Below, piece after piece: positions 24,225 through 34,500 of a stretch of DNA of 64,000 bases. Position 1 is the stretch's first letter. Every line of letters starts with the position of its first letter. The notes beneath the pieces were generated by a model. It saw only the letters and a list, made by a program, of their open reading frames with translations. It did not search any database and was not told where the DNA came from. Source of the DNA: an uncultured Sunxiuqinia sp. (GTDB taxonomy: Bacteria; Bacteroidota; Bacteroidia; Bacteroidales; Prolixibacteraceae); assembly GCA_963677175.2 (NCBI GenBank), contig CAXXES010000001.1:946444-1010443 (forward strand). The letters are read 5' to 3'. A program made the position numbers and the translations under genes.

Positions 24225-27200
24225 TTAGAACTTGGCATTTATTCCAAAAGAGTAAATACTGTTAATTGGATAGTAAGAAGGAGCATCGCCGGTAGATATC
24301 TCATTCTCCGGATCCCAACCTTTATAGAAAGAGGTAAAATTATACAGGTTCTGCCCACTAAAAAATACCCGTAATTGTTGAAGTCCCAGCCGAGCTACTA
24401 AACTTTTGGTAAACGTATAGCCTACCTGCACATTTTTGACTCTTAAAAAACTGGCATCTCTCACCCAATAGTCCGAAACCTGCAGGTTTGTGTTGTTCAT
24501 GTTAAGGGTCTCCAAACGTGGGTATTTAGCCCATTTATCCGGATTATCCACTGTCCAGCGGTTATCGGCCTGCCATTGTTGAATTTGTCCCCCATTATAA
24601 AAAGCGTAAGCCATATACGATCCGATTAATCTATCATAACCACCTAATCCCTGAAGAAGAGCTGAAAAATCAAACCCTTTATACGAGGCATTAATATTTA
24701 ATCCATAGTAGAATTTTGGAGTGGTACTTCCAATCACCGTTCTGTCATATGTCGAATTAACGATTCCATCGGGTACTCCGTTTGGTCCGCTTATATCTTC
24801 GTATCTTACATATCCGGGTTTTAACCCGCTTTTACCAATTAATTGATCCGGTGCCGCATCAATTTCAGCTTGGTCAACAAACAACCCGTTTGTTTTATAC
24901 CCGTAAATAATGCCTAAAGGTTCTCCCACGATCCGGTTGTTGTTAATGTCGGTTAACGCCCCGTCGGCAAGTTCTTCAACGGCATTTTTGATGTAGGTAA
25001 AGTTTGGCGCTAAACTAATTTTAATGTCCTTTCCAATCTTGGCATTATACTCCAAATTGAATTCAATCCCTTTATTAGAAACAGCTCCAACATTTGATTC
25101 TCCGACAGATCTTCCTATAATCCTTGTAACCTGAACGGAAGAAAGGATGTCATCGGTGTATTTGTTAAAATAGTCTATCCCCCCGTTTATTTTGCCTTTC
25201 CAAAGGCTAAAATCAATTCCGAGATCTAATATGCTGGTTGTTTCCCAAGTGATTTCCGTGTTATTGAAAGTTGTAATCCTGGCTCCTGCCGCCAATTCTC
25301 CCGGATTTCCCAAAACCGCATTTTGTCCCAACGAATAGGTTTGTTGATAAGGATAGGTGCCAATATTCTGATTGCCTAAAACACCCCATGAGCCACGAAC
25401 TTTAAAGTTGTCGAACACATTGTTTAATCCTGAATTTTGCCAAAAATTTTCTTGTGAAACTCTCCATCCTACTGACACAGAAGGGAAAAATCCCCAACGC
25501 TCGCTGCTTGCGAAACGGGAAGAACCATCATACCGGGCATTCACCTCCAATAAATAGCGATCCAGGTAAGAATAGTTTAACCTTCCAAAATAAGATAACA
25601 GGGACCATTCATTGGAATATCCATCGTTGGTCATGCTGGAAGCTGACCCTGATGCAAGTTCATACAAGTAGTTGTTTGGAAAGGTATTTCGGTATCCTGT
25701 CAAATAATTCTCTTTATACTGCTCCAAAGAAGTACCGGCCAATAGGTTAAATGTATGTGACGCAAGTCGTTTTTCGTATTTCACCAAACTTTCAAAGGTT
25801 TTGTAAGTATTATTGCCTGAAACAACCGATAAAGTAGCTGGCCCAACTGTCTTTGAATCATCAAAATAGGTTTTGGCACGGTAGGACTTGTTGTAATCGG
25901 TATTGTAGGTAATCCCCGTTTTTCCACTAACTGAAAGGCCCTTTACCGGGCTTGCCCAATTTAAACGTACGGTTCCTGTAATATTCACTTCATTATTTTT
26001 CACAAACGATTCGCTTGCAAGCCAGGCTTCCGGGCTATAACTATCCTGATAGCCGAAAGAGCCATCCGATTTCTCTCCGGCATAAATTGGCCCTTCACGA
26101 ACGGCATATCCAATCATGCCGTCGATACTTTGGGGCTCACCATTCGGCGCTTTATACAAATTGGTATAAGCGTTCAGGTGTGTATCCAATGTTAGGGATT
26201 CCAGAAGATTACTTTTTGTATTCCACAAGACGTTATATCGTTCGTTGGAAGTCTTTGCAGTCATCCCGTCCTGTTTCCAGTAACCTATCGAGAAATTTTG
26301 GGTCATTCTTTCCGTTCCTCCCTGGATGCTGATGTTATGCCGCTGCTGAAAGCCAGATCCTGAATTCAATAACCACTTCAGATGATTTACATTCGGATAG
26401 TTATCTGGGTCTGAACCATCTCTAAATTTTTGAATTTGTTCGTTGGTATAGGCTGCAGAATTTCCCATGTTCTCCATGGCTTCGTTATAATAGGTAGCGT
26501 ATTTCCATGATGACAGGAATTCCGGGAGCTCAGTTGGTTTTTGCCATCCCAAAGAATTATTGTAAGAGATATTGAATTTTCCTGCTTTCCCTTTCTTTGT
26601 TTGTATAAGAATGACACCATTTGCTGCACGATTACCGTAAATTGAAGCCGAAGCCGCATCCTTCAGGAACGATATGCTCTCAACATCTTCAGGGCTAACG
26701 TCATCTATATTACCTGCCATTCCGTCAATTAAAACCAAAGGATTATTCCCTGCACTGGAGAATGTCCCGGTACCTCTGATTTTCACGGTGGCGCTTGTTC
26801 CTGGCCGGCCTGACGATTGAACAACACTGAGCCCCGGCACTAAACCGGCAATTGCCTGAGAGGTAGTGGCAACCGGTTTATCAGCTAATTCCGAGGCCTC
26901 GATTGCTGCAACGGAACCTGTTAAATTTACTTTCTTTTGAATGCCATACCCAACAGCCACAACTTCTTCAATCCCAATGGCATCTTCTTCCATCGCCACA
27001 TTAATTGATGATTGATTTCCAACCGGAATTTCCTGGCTTTTCATTCCCACAAAAGAGAATACCAAAGTTGCATTAGCGGGAACATTCGAAATCGTGTAAT
27101 TTCCATCAAAGTCGGTAATGGTTCCCTGGACTGTTCTTTTAATCAAAACGGTCACGCCCGGAAGCGGCTCTCCGGAGGAGTCGGTAACTTTACCGGTAAT

Positions 27201-27608
27201 GGTCTGCTGTTGCAAGGAGTTATCTCCTCTTGTGTCCCCTTGATAAAGAATAACAATCCGCTCGTTTATTGAATATTTAATGTCGGTTTCCTTAAAGATA
27301 TTGTCGAGAATGGTGGTCACCGATTCATTTTTAAAGCGGACAGAGACTTTTCTATCCAGGTCAAGATACTCAGAGCTAAATGCAAAACGAAATTCACTTT
27401 GGTCCTCGATGGCCCCCAAAACATCTTTCATACTTACATCTTGATAGTCCAGGCTTAGCTTTGAATTTTGGCTAAAAACGCTGGCCCTTGTAGAAAACAG
27501 GCTTAACAAGAGAATCAGCAGAGATAGTTTAGTCATAATCAAAATTTTTCCCATCTGAGACCAGATGCCGGGAACATGTCGCCCCCATGTTTTACAATTT
27601 TTTTTCAT
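24225..27608 (-). CDS. SusC/RagA-family TonB-dependent transporter with N-terminal STN signalling domain (PUL1)
   Basis: STN-like KLSLDYQDVSMKDVLGAIEDQSEFRFAF, carboxypeptidase-regulatory-like GKVTDSSGEPLPGVTVLIK, LVFSFVGMKSQEI, plug NPLVLIDG, barrel ending GINAKF. Start set at MKKNCKTWG (27608) by analogy with the PUL2/3 paralogues; the ORF-track start is 27647. Confidence 0.9.
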   Translation of the reverse strand: MKKNCKTWGRHVPGIWSQMGKILIMTKLSLLILLLSLFSTRASVFSQNSKLSLDYQDVSMKDVLGAIEDQSEFRFAFSSEYLDLDRKVSVRFKNESVTTILDNIFKETDIKYSINERIVILYQGDTRGDNSLQQQTITGKVTDSSGEPLPGVTVLIKRTVQGTITDFDGNYTISNVPANATLVFSFVGMKSQEIPVGNQSSINVAMEEDAIGIEEVVAVGYGIQKKVNLTGSVAAIEASELADKPVATTSQAIAGLVPGLSVVQSSGRPGTSATVKIRGTGTFSSAGNNPLVLIDGMAGNIDDVSPEDVESISFLKDAASASIYGNRAANGVILIQTKKGKAGKFNISYNNSLGWQKPTELPEFLSSWKYATYYNEAMENMGNSAAYTNEQIQKFRDGSDPDNYPNVNHLKWLLNSGSGFQQRHNISIQGGTERMTQNFSIGYWKQDGMTAKTSNERYNVLWNTKSNLLESLTLDTHLNAYTNLYKAPNGEPQSIDGMIGYAVREGPIYAGEKSDGSFGYQDSYSPEAWLASESFVKNNEVNITGTVRLNWASPVKGLSVSGKTGITYNTDYNKSYRAKTYFDDSKTVGPATLSVVSGNNTYKTFESLVKYEKRLASHTFNLLAGTSLEQYKENYLTGYRNTFPNNYLYELASGSASSMTNDGYSNEWSLLSYFGRLNYSYLDRYLLEVNARYDGSSRFASSERWGFFPSVSVGWRVSQENFWQNSGLNNVFDNFKVRGSWGVLGNQNIGTYPYQQTYSLGQNAVLGNPGELAAGARITTFNNTEITWETTSILDLGIDFSLWKGKINGGIDYFNKYTDDILSSVQVTRIIGRSVGESNVGAVSNKGIEFNLEYNAKIGKDIKISLAPNFTYIKNAVEELADGALTDINNNRIVGEPLGIIYGYKTNGLFVDQAEIDAAPDQLIGKSGLKPGYVRYEDISGPNGVPDGIVNSTYDRTVIGSTTPKFYYGLNINASYKGFDFSALLQGLGGYDRLIGSYMAYAFYNGGQIQQWQADNRWTVDNPDKWAKYPRLETLNMNNTNLQVSDYWVRDASFLRVKNVQVGYTFTKSLVARLGLQQLRVFFSGQNLYNFTSFYKGWDPENEISTGDAPSYYPINSIYSFGINAKF

Positions 27609-27702
27609 AAATTTGTTGTTAGTTATTTGATTAAAAATTCTCTTCATTGACCGTGAAGAGTCTTATTGACAGGAAAGTGCGTCAACACTTTCCTGTTTTT
27701 TT
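27608..27702 (+). ncRNA. candidate cis-antisense sRNA (DonS-like) in the anti-sigma/SusC junction of PUL1; span includes the -7 box
   Basis: Plus strand: TAAATTTG (27608-27615), hairpin ctcttca/tgaagag (27640-27660), hairpin caggaaagtg-cgtcaa-cactttcctg (27670-27695), T7 (27696-27702). No plus-strand gene explains this terminator. Confidence 0.4.
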
Positions 27703-28678
27703 ATTGCTTCTTCTTCAGATAAATAATTTCCCCTTCCTGATAAGCTTTCGCCGGGGTGATCGCCAGCAACACATCCATCACCTCATTAAAATTCTCATTC
27801 CTGACCGAAAAAGTCACTTTGTAATCTTCGAGCCCCTTTTCCACGATAATTTTTTGATTATACCTTTTTTGCAATTTTGTTACCGCATCTTTCAATGGCT
27901 GGTCATAAATATGGATAATCCCATCGCGCCAGGAGGTGTATTTTTCCGCGACAACCTCGGTGATTTTAAATGTATTGTTCTGTTTATTATACACCATCAT
28001 TTCATTGGGTTGAAGGCCGGCAAATGTTTTATTGCTGCTACTGGCAGTCAGCTCAACCGCTCCTTCAATAAGGATTATACTAACTTCCAGGTTGTCGTGA
28101 TAAGTTTCAGCAGTAAACTGGGTTCCCAGAACTTTCACCTTGATTTCTCCGCATGAAACCACAAAAGGAAGGGCTTTGTTTTCAGAAACATCAAAATAAG
28201 CTTGTCCGCTCAGCTCCATGTTCCTGTTCTCTATTCCAAACCGGTTGCTATATGTAAGGCTGGAGCCTGAATTCAACCAGACCATCGTGCTGTCGGGAAG
28301 CAATGCTTTTGACACCTGTCCGTTTTCGGCCATGACGGTGTTGTACACAGCCGGACCTCCTCCTGATTTACTGATGTAGAAGTAAAGGCCGCCAATTGAA
28401 ATGAACAGCAAAAGAAGGGCTGCATACTTGTAGAAATTCTGTGCGAGATTTAATCTCCTGATCCTTCCTGAGTGCTCGTTTAATAGCTTCGACTTAAACT
28501 TATCCAGTTCGAATAAGGTATAGCAAGACACGCTTTGCCCATCCCGCCTCGCTTTCCATTCGCTTTTTGTTTCCTTAAACGAGATCTGGTTCTCCTCCTT
28601 GTCAAGCCAGGCAACCAGGCCAATCATCTCCTCACGAGACGCTCTTCCCTCTAAATACTTTTTGATTGTTGTTTCCAT
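27701..28678 (-). CDS. FecR-family anti-sigma factor (PUL1)
   Basis: 325 aa. Cytoplasmic N-domain, single TM (YKYAALLLLFISIGGLYFYI), periplasmic FecR domain (VWLNSGSSLTY, GQAYFDV). Sits between the ECF sigma and SusC. Confidence 0.88.
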   Translation of the reverse strand: METTIKKYLEGRASREEMIGLVAWLDKEENQISFKETKSEWKARRDGQSVSCYTLFELDKFKSKLLNEHSGRIRRLNLAQNFYKYAALLLLFISIGGLYFYISKSGGGPAVYNTVMAENGQVSKALLPDSTMVWLNSGSSLTYSNRFGIENRNMELSGQAYFDVSENKALPFVVSCGEIKVKVLGTQFTAETYHDNLEVSIILIEGAVELTASSSNKTFAGLQPNEMMVYNKQNNTFKITEVVAEKYTSWRDGIIHIYDQPLKDAVTKLQKRYNQKIIVEKGLEDYKVTFSVRNENFNEVMDVLLAITPAKAYQEGEIIYLKKKQ

Positions 28679-28800
28679 TCGTGTTGGTCTTCAAGAATGA
28701 GTACAACAAATTTTGAAAAACCCTACCGAAAAAAAGGAAAGCCTCCCCCAGCCCCTCCAAAAAGGGAGCAATACAATGCATCATATTAAATGAATAGTCG

Positions 28801-28863
28801 GGAATTTGGAACTTGGAATTTGAAATACGGAATTTGAAATACGGAATCTGGAACTTGGAACTT
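28801..28863. repeat. nine tandem heptamers (GGAAYTT-like) abutting the sigma-factor stop codon
   Basis: ggaattt ggaactt ggaattt gaaatac ggaattt gaaatac ggaatct ggaactt ggaactt. Confidence 0.85.
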
Positions 28864-29459
28864 TATTGAAGCAATAAATAAAGTATCACGGAAAGCGATG
28901 CAAATTTCTTTTCCAGTTTCAACCTTAGTTCGAGTTTTGCTTCCTTGAGGTGCTTCTCAACCGTTTTAACAGAAATGCCCAGCTGCCTGGCGATTTCTTT
29001 TTGTTTGAGCCCTTCCATTTTACTTTTTATAAAGATTTGCTTCTTCCGTTCGGGCAGTTCCTCAATCGCATTTTTGAGCGCTTCAATTAATTGCTCTTCA
29101 AGCGACATTTCTTTCTGCTCATTAAAATCAAGTTGATATAAATACTGTAATTCGTTGGGCACTGCTCCTTCTTGAAGGGACGCGAAAGAATACCGGGAAT
29201 GCTCTTTCAGATAATTCAGGCATCTATTGCGGAGTGAAACAAAAAGCAAACTTTCAACCGATTTATGAGGGTCGATCTTGTACCTGTTTTCCCACAGGCT
29301 AAAGAAACATTCCTGGACGATATCTTCTGCTTCGGTTTTGTTTTTCACAAATAACTGACAATACCCCATCAGCCGGGGATGGGTCTGTTTGAACAAATCG
29401 GAAAATGAACCAACATCGCCTTCCTTCAATTTGAAATTTAAAAGCCCGCCCATAATCAT
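28863..29459 (-). CDS. ECF (sigma-70 family, group 4) RNA polymerase sigma factor (PUL1)
   Basis: Region 2 (AEDIVQECFFSLWENR) and region 4 HTH (QKEIARQLGISVKTVEKHL). About 195 aa. Confidence 0.88.
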   Translation of the reverse strand: MIMGGLLNFKLKEGDVGSFSDLFKQTHPRLMGYCQLFVKNKTEAEDIVQECFFSLWENRYKIDPHKSVESLLFVSLRNRCLNYLKEHSRYSFASLQEGAVPNELQYLYQLDFNEQKEMSLEEQLIEALKNAIEELPERKKQIFIKSKMEGLKQKEIARQLGISVKTVEKHLKEAKLELRLKLEKKFASLSVILYLLLQ

Positions 29460-29749
29460 TGAAATTTACAGGCATAAAGAACTTAAATAAAATGAAAACT
29501 GCAAAAGAAATTCTTGCCAGCGTTCACCCCAGGGAGAAACCTTTAACCCCCAAACCTAAAATTTTCGTATCAGTCGTTGTCCTGGTAAGGGCTTGTTGTT
29601 GCTTTTGCCAGATAAGTCAAATGCCCGCAAATCAGCCATCCGATGAATCCACAATCTACTGGTTTACAGAATAGAAACATCAGCATATTTAGCAAGATGA
29701 TTCATCGGATGACTTTTCGGAGCAGGGCTCACTTATAAATGATGTATGC

Positions 29750-31507
29750 TTAAAGCGCTGGATCAAAAGTACCTCCCCAATCCACGTTTTGCTCCAGATT
29801 ATTATTTCGGTCTAGGACATCTTGGTGTATTGGAAAGAAGTAGTATGTCTCGGGAAGATAATTAACTTGAACTCCTGTGCGTGGCACTTGTAAGAGTGAG
29901 TACTTGAAATTAACTTCCGTCAGGGCATAATTATCAGCCAGGGCTCGTGCTTCAGACAGCGGCATTTCTTCGCCGTTTTCGTCGATTGCGATGGCTTCAA
30001 CACCATGTTTGGTCGTTCCATCAAGACGATCGAGCATACGCAAACGGCGTAAATCCCAAAAGCGATGCCCTTCGAAGCAAAATTCGATATTACGCTCGGC
30101 TAAAATTGCTTCGCGCATTTCTTCGCGGCTGTTAGCAACAATACCATAGTTGCCATCATCGCCAGGCTCAATTCCAGCACGGTGGCGTATTTGCTTCAGA
30201 ATATCCAAGGCATCTTCCAGGTGCCCGGTTTCGTTTGCCGTTTCTGCGTAGTTCAGCATAACTTCTGCAAACCGCATTAAGATAAAGTCGACATCGTACT
30301 GCTGTACTTCTGATTGCGTCAGATTGACCAAACTATTTTTCAGGATAAAAAATCCCGTGTACCGGTCCAGGTTCGTAGAGTTTGTTGCAGCTTTTGGGTT
30401 GACTCCGAAATCGTCCAGTTCATGAGCAATCCCTAACGACGTATATTGGCGCCTGTTCTTCTTCCTGGACAATTCATATACCTTTCCATTCCATACAATT
30501 GATTTGTCAAAGCGCGGGTCCCTGTTTTCCCAATAGGATTGGAGGAATTCATCATCGCTTCTAAAGTAGGCCCCTGTCGGGTCATTGTACATTTTGCCAT
30601 CTTTCATTGGAAACGCTTTTACAAACTCCCATGTAGGACAAGCCGAAGCCGGCCCGCGACTTTCTGAACCTGGGCGCACACCGTAATCCCAATCAACTGT
30701 TTTGTCCGGGTATGAATTGATTACAGCAAACACAACTTCAGGTCCCCGTTCAACCAAAGCTATATTGGAATAGTCCTCTGTGAGGGCGTATCCCTGACCT
30801 TTCAGGCTTTCGTAAGCTTGTTTGTTGGCACTATAGGCGTCTCCCCAATATTGGTTGTCCCATGGATTGGAGGGATTGAACTGCGGAGAAGCTTTGTACA
30901 GCAAAACTTTAGCTTTAAATGCCAGCGCAAAGTTTCCATCGATTTTGCCATATTCTGTTGAGCTTGATTCGATATGCCCGGGAAGTAGGCTAATCGCGTC
31001 GTTTATATCTTTAATGATAAAATTGAAGCATTCTTCTGTGGAGTTTCTCTCGACATACAAGTCATCGTTATACCGGTCTTGGGGAACGGTGATATAAGGG
31101 ACCCCACCATGATAAATGACCATATCGAAATAAGCATAGGCACGCATAAACAGGGCTTGTCCTGTGATTTCATCTTTTATATTCTGGGGAAGTGACCCTT
31201 CATTTACATCGATAATAGCTTGGTTGATCAGGCGTATGCTCTCGTATGACCAATCCTTGAACGAATCGTTTGTAATTGTAACCCGGTCGGCATAAAACTC
31301 AATTCCTGCCAATTGTTGGCTGGTTTTGTCTGCTCCGGCATCCCAATTGCCAAACATCGGGTAGAGATTGGCCAGGTACGCATTGGCCAGGTTTTCGTCG
31401 TTCCACACCAACTCTGGGCTGTAGTTATTTATGTCTTCAATGTCAAGAACGTCTGAGCATCGGATAAATGCAATCAAAAAGATTAATGCATACATAATAT
31501 TTTTCAT
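29750..31507 (-). CDS. SusD/RagB-family lipoprotein (PUL2)
   Basis: Lipobox AFIRCS. C-terminal YFFPIHQDVLDRNNNLEQNVDWGG. 13 nt downstream of SusC. Confidence 0.9.
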   Translation of the reverse strand: MKNIMYALIFLIAFIRCSDVLDIEDINNYSPELVWNDENLANAYLANLYPMFGNWDAGADKTSQQLAGIEFYADRVTITNDSFKDWSYESIRLINQAIIDVNEGSLPQNIKDEITGQALFMRAYAYFDMVIYHGGVPYITVPQDRYNDDLYVERNSTEECFNFIIKDINDAISLLPGHIESSSTEYGKIDGNFALAFKAKVLLYKASPQFNPSNPWDNQYWGDAYSANKQAYESLKGQGYALTEDYSNIALVERGPEVVFAVINSYPDKTVDWDYGVRPGSESRGPASACPTWEFVKAFPMKDGKMYNDPTGAYFRSDDEFLQSYWENRDPRFDKSIVWNGKVYELSRKKNRRQYTSLGIAHELDDFGVNPKAATNSTNLDRYTGFFILKNSLVNLTQSEVQQYDVDFILMRFAEVMLNYAETANETGHLEDALDILKQIRHRAGIEPGDDGNYGIVANSREEMREAILAERNIEFCFEGHRFWDLRRLRMLDRLDGTTKHGVEAIAIDENGEEMPLSEARALADNYALTEVNFKYSLLQVPRTGVQVNYLPETYYFFPIHQDVLDRNNNLEQNVDWGGTFDPAL

Positions 31508-31520
31508 GCTGAATTAGTTT

Positions 31521-34500
31521 TTAAAATTTAATATCAAGTCCAAAAGTGAAGGATTTCATCAACGGATAGGAGTCGTATTCCTTTTGTTCCGGATCGTGAA
31601 ATTCTTTGATTTTAGATATTGCAAACAAGTTTGTCCCATTAAAGAAGAATTGGGCTTTAGCCACCTTTATTGCTGACAGCCACTTGGATGGTAAATCATA
31701 ACCGAAGTTTAGGTTTTTTAATCTCATATAAGCGCCATCTCTAATCCAGAAAGAGCTGGCTCCTGTTCCTGATTCATACCAGTTTTTCCCGATCGGCCGG
31801 GGATATTCACCATCGACATTGTCTGGTGTCCACACATCTTTTGTCCAGATGGGGTAGTAGGGGCGAATTGTCCCTCCATGTTGGCGCATTCCTGCACCCT
31901 CTTTATTGCTGATCATCCGGTCGTAAACACCTACACCTTGAAAATGGGCATCGATTGAAAAGTTTCTCCAACTGGCGCTGAACCCAATGCCATAGTTAAG
32001 CCTTGGTGCGGCATTTTCCGACAGCAGTTGTTCATCATTCGAATCAATCTTGCCATCAGGCCCTTCAGAGTATCCGTCTCCCCGAATATCTTCAAACAAA
32101 AGGCCTCCAAGGTATGGGGTACGTCCAAATTGTTTAAATCCGCTAGCTAATAGTTCGTCCAGTTGCTCTTGGGTACGAACGATCCCCAAGCTTTTATATC
32201 CAAAGAGACGGTCAAGCGGATTTCCAATTTTTGAAGCCCACTCACGGCTTCCACCTGGCTGATAGGCTTCTCCTTCATCAATTAAATCCCAACGGTCTTT
32301 GGCATAGCCCACATTTCCGTAAATGGAGTAGTTGAGTTGGTTTTTAACAGCTTTGTCGCGCCAGGTGATTGTGAATTCCCCACCTTTCCATGAACGTTCG
32401 GCATAGTTTTCGGGAGCCAGGCTTTGTCCATAGTTATCCGGAAGGGTTACCAGCCGGGAGCCTAGGATGTCCGTTTCTTTTTTTGAGAACACATCGATTG
32501 TCCCCGACAATTTACTGCTCAACATTGTGAAATCGAGCCCGACATTGTAAGTGGTCGATGTGGCCCACGTGAGGTTTGGATTTGGGGTTGCCCCTGGTTT
32601 GATACTTCGGTATAGCTTATCTCCAAAAATGTAGCTTTCGGCGTTTTGGTACGCACTGGTATATGAAAAAGCGCGTATCTTCTCATTGTTTACATCGAGG
32701 TCATTTCCCGTTGTCCCGTATGATACCCTTAGCTTTAAGTCATCAAGCCACCTGTTGGTTTCATCCATGAACGATTCTTCGGATATGCGCCATGCACCAG
32801 AAAATGAAGGAAAGAAGCCCCAGCGCTTCGTTTTAGGGAATAGGGTATTCCCATCATGCCTAAAAGAGAACTCAGCGATATAGCGCTCACTGAAATTGTA
32901 ATTTAACCGGCCAATTAATGACTGACGCGCCCCAATTTCTTCCCAACCACTTCCATATCGACGTTCAGCATCTGTCGAGTAAACGAAGTCTTGGTCATAG
33001 GTTGTAACCGGATCCTCCGCCTTGGCAAAAGCACCATAGAGGCCGCTTTCACTTTGTTCCCAAACAGCCATTACATCAAAATTGTGTTTGCCAAAGGATT
33101 GTTGGTAGTTTAAAAACCAGTTGAACTGATAACTCCAGCTTGTATTGATGTCGTAGCTCAGATAAGGTTGATTTTGGCTAAATGTAAAAACATTGGTTTT
33201 GTTAGGATCAGGAGCTCCGGGAAGAAAACGGTTGCCATCCGGATCTGCTTGATTAAATACATAGTTTTTTTGGAAGGTCAGGTATTTTTTTCGCATATAA
33301 TCAGATGCGATGTAGTTTCCAACAACCTTAGTTGAAAGGCCAGGGATAAACTCGTCAAGTTTAATATCAAGTGATAAAATGGAATTTAATTCACGTTTAC
33401 GGGTTTTGATGTACCGGTCTCCTGTGATTTGGTCAATTACACTCCATGCCAACCAACTGCCCATAGGGGTTTGCACAGGATAGTCAGTTATATAATCGGC
33501 GGGAGTTCCATCCTCAAGTGTATAAAATGGATAGACCTTAGGCCAGTTAAAGGTGACCCGGTATAAATCGGATACATCATAATCATCATCTGGGGAGAAA
33601 GGCCAGTAGAAGCGGTCATGGTTTTGCTGGTTGGCAGACACGTTAAGGTTAAATTGGATGCTTTCAGAAATCTTCGCTGAAACATTTGAGCGCAGATTAA
33701 ATTTTTGGTGATCCAATGACTTGTATGAACCTTCTTCTCCCCGGTAACTGGCTATTGAGTAGTAGGTAATTTTATCGCTGCCACCTGCTACGCTCAACGA
33801 ATGTTTCTGACTCCATGGGTTTTGCCAAATAAAGTCGTTGACATTGTAGCTGCGGTTTTCAAAATAGGCAAACTCCTCTTCTCCATTGGGAGGTGTTGTC
33901 CCATTAAATTCAGCTACCCGGTTTTGATAGATTAACTCATCAGTCGCCGTTGTTTGGTCGGATAGAAGCGTTTGTGTTGGGGAAGATGTTGTGTAGGAGG
34001 ATTGAAAGTTAAATGTGGGTTTTTGCTTTTTACCTTGTTTGGTGGTAACCAAAACAACTCCGTTTCCTGCACGTGACCCGTAGATCGATGCGGTCGCTGC
34101 ATCTTTCAGAAAGCTCAACTGGTCCACTTCTCCAGCTTCCAATGCGTCAAAAGCTTCTTTCTCCCGCACGATTCCATCAATTACAAACAGCGGTTCCCCA
34201 AATCCGCCACGAATCCTTATTTTTGAAGTAGCACCAGCAAGTCCTGATGTTCCGGTAATGTTTACCCCCGGAGCACGTCCGGCAAGGGAGTTTGAAAGAT
34301 TTGGAGTGGAAATATTGCTCAGTTCCTCCATCTTTACCGCTGTGATCGCACCAGTGAGGTTGACCTTTTTCTGTACTCCATATCCTACAGCAACAACCTC
34401 ATCCAAGCCAATGGCTTCTTCTTCCATTACCGCATTGACTGTGGATTGGTTACTAACCGAAATCTCCTGTGTCCGCATGCCCACAAAAGAGAACACCAAA

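Noticed and set aside
27609-27647. Upstream ATG at 27647 as the SusC (PUL1) start
   Set aside because: The PUL2 and PUL3 paralogues start with MKKK about 22 codons before the signal peptide. The equivalent MKKN start in PUL1 is at 27608; the 13 extra codons have no counterpart.
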